The notes beneath the pieces are model-generated. The model was not told where the DNA came from. It worked only from the letters and a program-made list of their open reading frames with translations, and ran no database searches. The position numbers and the translations under genes were made by a program. From an uncultured Pseudomonadota bacterium (GTDB taxonomy: Bacteria; Babelota; Babeliae; Babelales; RVW-14): 64,000 bases of DNA. Where the stretch lies: contig CAYUQI010000005.1 of the NCBI GenBank assembly GCA_964446935.1, positions 757 to 64,756 on the forward strand, written 5' to 3'. This document shows, piece by piece, positions 63,743 to 64,000 of the stretch (positions are counted from its first letter, which is position 1; the number at the start of each line of letters is the position of its first letter).

Positions 63743-64000
63743 TTATAAAATGCTGCAAGGCCACCATTTGTTTAAGTTGTTTATAGGTGCAGTTTTTTTG
63801 TTACCTGCATTAGGAGTTGATGCGTTTGCTGGCGCTGGAGTTGTTGATACCGTAGCACTGCTTGTTGTTGGGGTTGTGCTACTTGATGATGAAGCTGTTG
63901 GTGATGTTGTTGGAGCTGATAAAGTTGTGTATATTGCGTTCTTGTTATTAATTTTTGCCGTAAGTACTTCTAATTCTTGTTGTGATAATGTGCCTGCTTG
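63743..64000 (-). CDS. hypothetical protein, 3' end only (Ser/Thr/Pro-rich C-terminus)
   Basis: The open frame runs from the window edge to TAA at 63745..63743. Translation: QAGTLSQQELEVLTAKINNKNAIYTTLSAPTTSPTASSSSSTTPTTSSATVSTTPAPANASTPNAGNKKTAPINNLNKWWPCSIL. A terminator follows. It is absent from the ORF track because no start lies in the window. Confidence 0.45.
   Translation of the reverse strand, partial: QAGTLSQQELEVLTAKINNKNAIYTTLSAPTTSPTASSSSSTTPTTSSATVSTTPAPANASTPNAGNKKTAPINNLNKWWPCSIL

Noticed and set aside
1-64000. Window-wide scan for CRISPR arrays, transposases, integrases, phage genes, toxin-antitoxin pairs, rRNA, tmRNA and RNase P RNA
   Set aside because: No regularly spaced direct repeats, no recombinase or transposase motifs in any ORF, and no rRNA-like sequence were seen. 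The only repeated DNA is the short palindromic element reported above.

Overview
Gene-dense, AT-leaning bacterial chromosome segment with about 60 protein genes, 2 tRNAs and 1 SRP RNA. Many neighbouring genes overlap by 1-4 nt at start/stop, so long operons are likely. Housekeeping content: mreC, a dus-type tRNA-dihydrouridine synthase, gatC-gatA, a MATE transporter, dnaX-der-lptB-hpf, rpsB, lon, waaA, sbcC, rodA, HU, tatD, a SpoIID-like protein, rnhA, gap, hflX, a DJ-1/PfpI protein, an acyl-CoA carboxyltransferase, dnaE, tsf-pyrH-frr, and rpmF-plsX-(TPR)-fabD-fabG-acpP-fabF. Three things point to a host-dependent (probably intracellular) diderm bacterium: two tandem ATP/ADP-translocase-type nucleotide transporters, LPS genes, and blocks of signal-peptide ORFans. 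A Dependentiae- or Chlamydiae-like lifestyle is a guess, and the taxon cannot be assigned from sequence alone. I found no CRISPR array, transposase, integrase or phage gene. Most interesting items: (1) an operon pairing a type-I periplasmic binding protein with a pentameric ligand-gated ion channel-like protein (22474-24735). (2) Divergent from it, three tandem small secreted proteins, two sharing a C-terminal CKxCGCHxSxH motif (25069-25744). (3) A five-gene same-strand ORFan operon of signal-peptide and membrane-hairpin proteins (45475-49977), plus a similar ORFan pair (33201-35752). (4) A dispersed palindromic intergenic repeat at three loci. (5) An unannotated SRP RNA and tRNA-Ser packed between rpsB and dnaX. 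All functional calls rest on motifs read by eye in the supplied translations. No database search was run.
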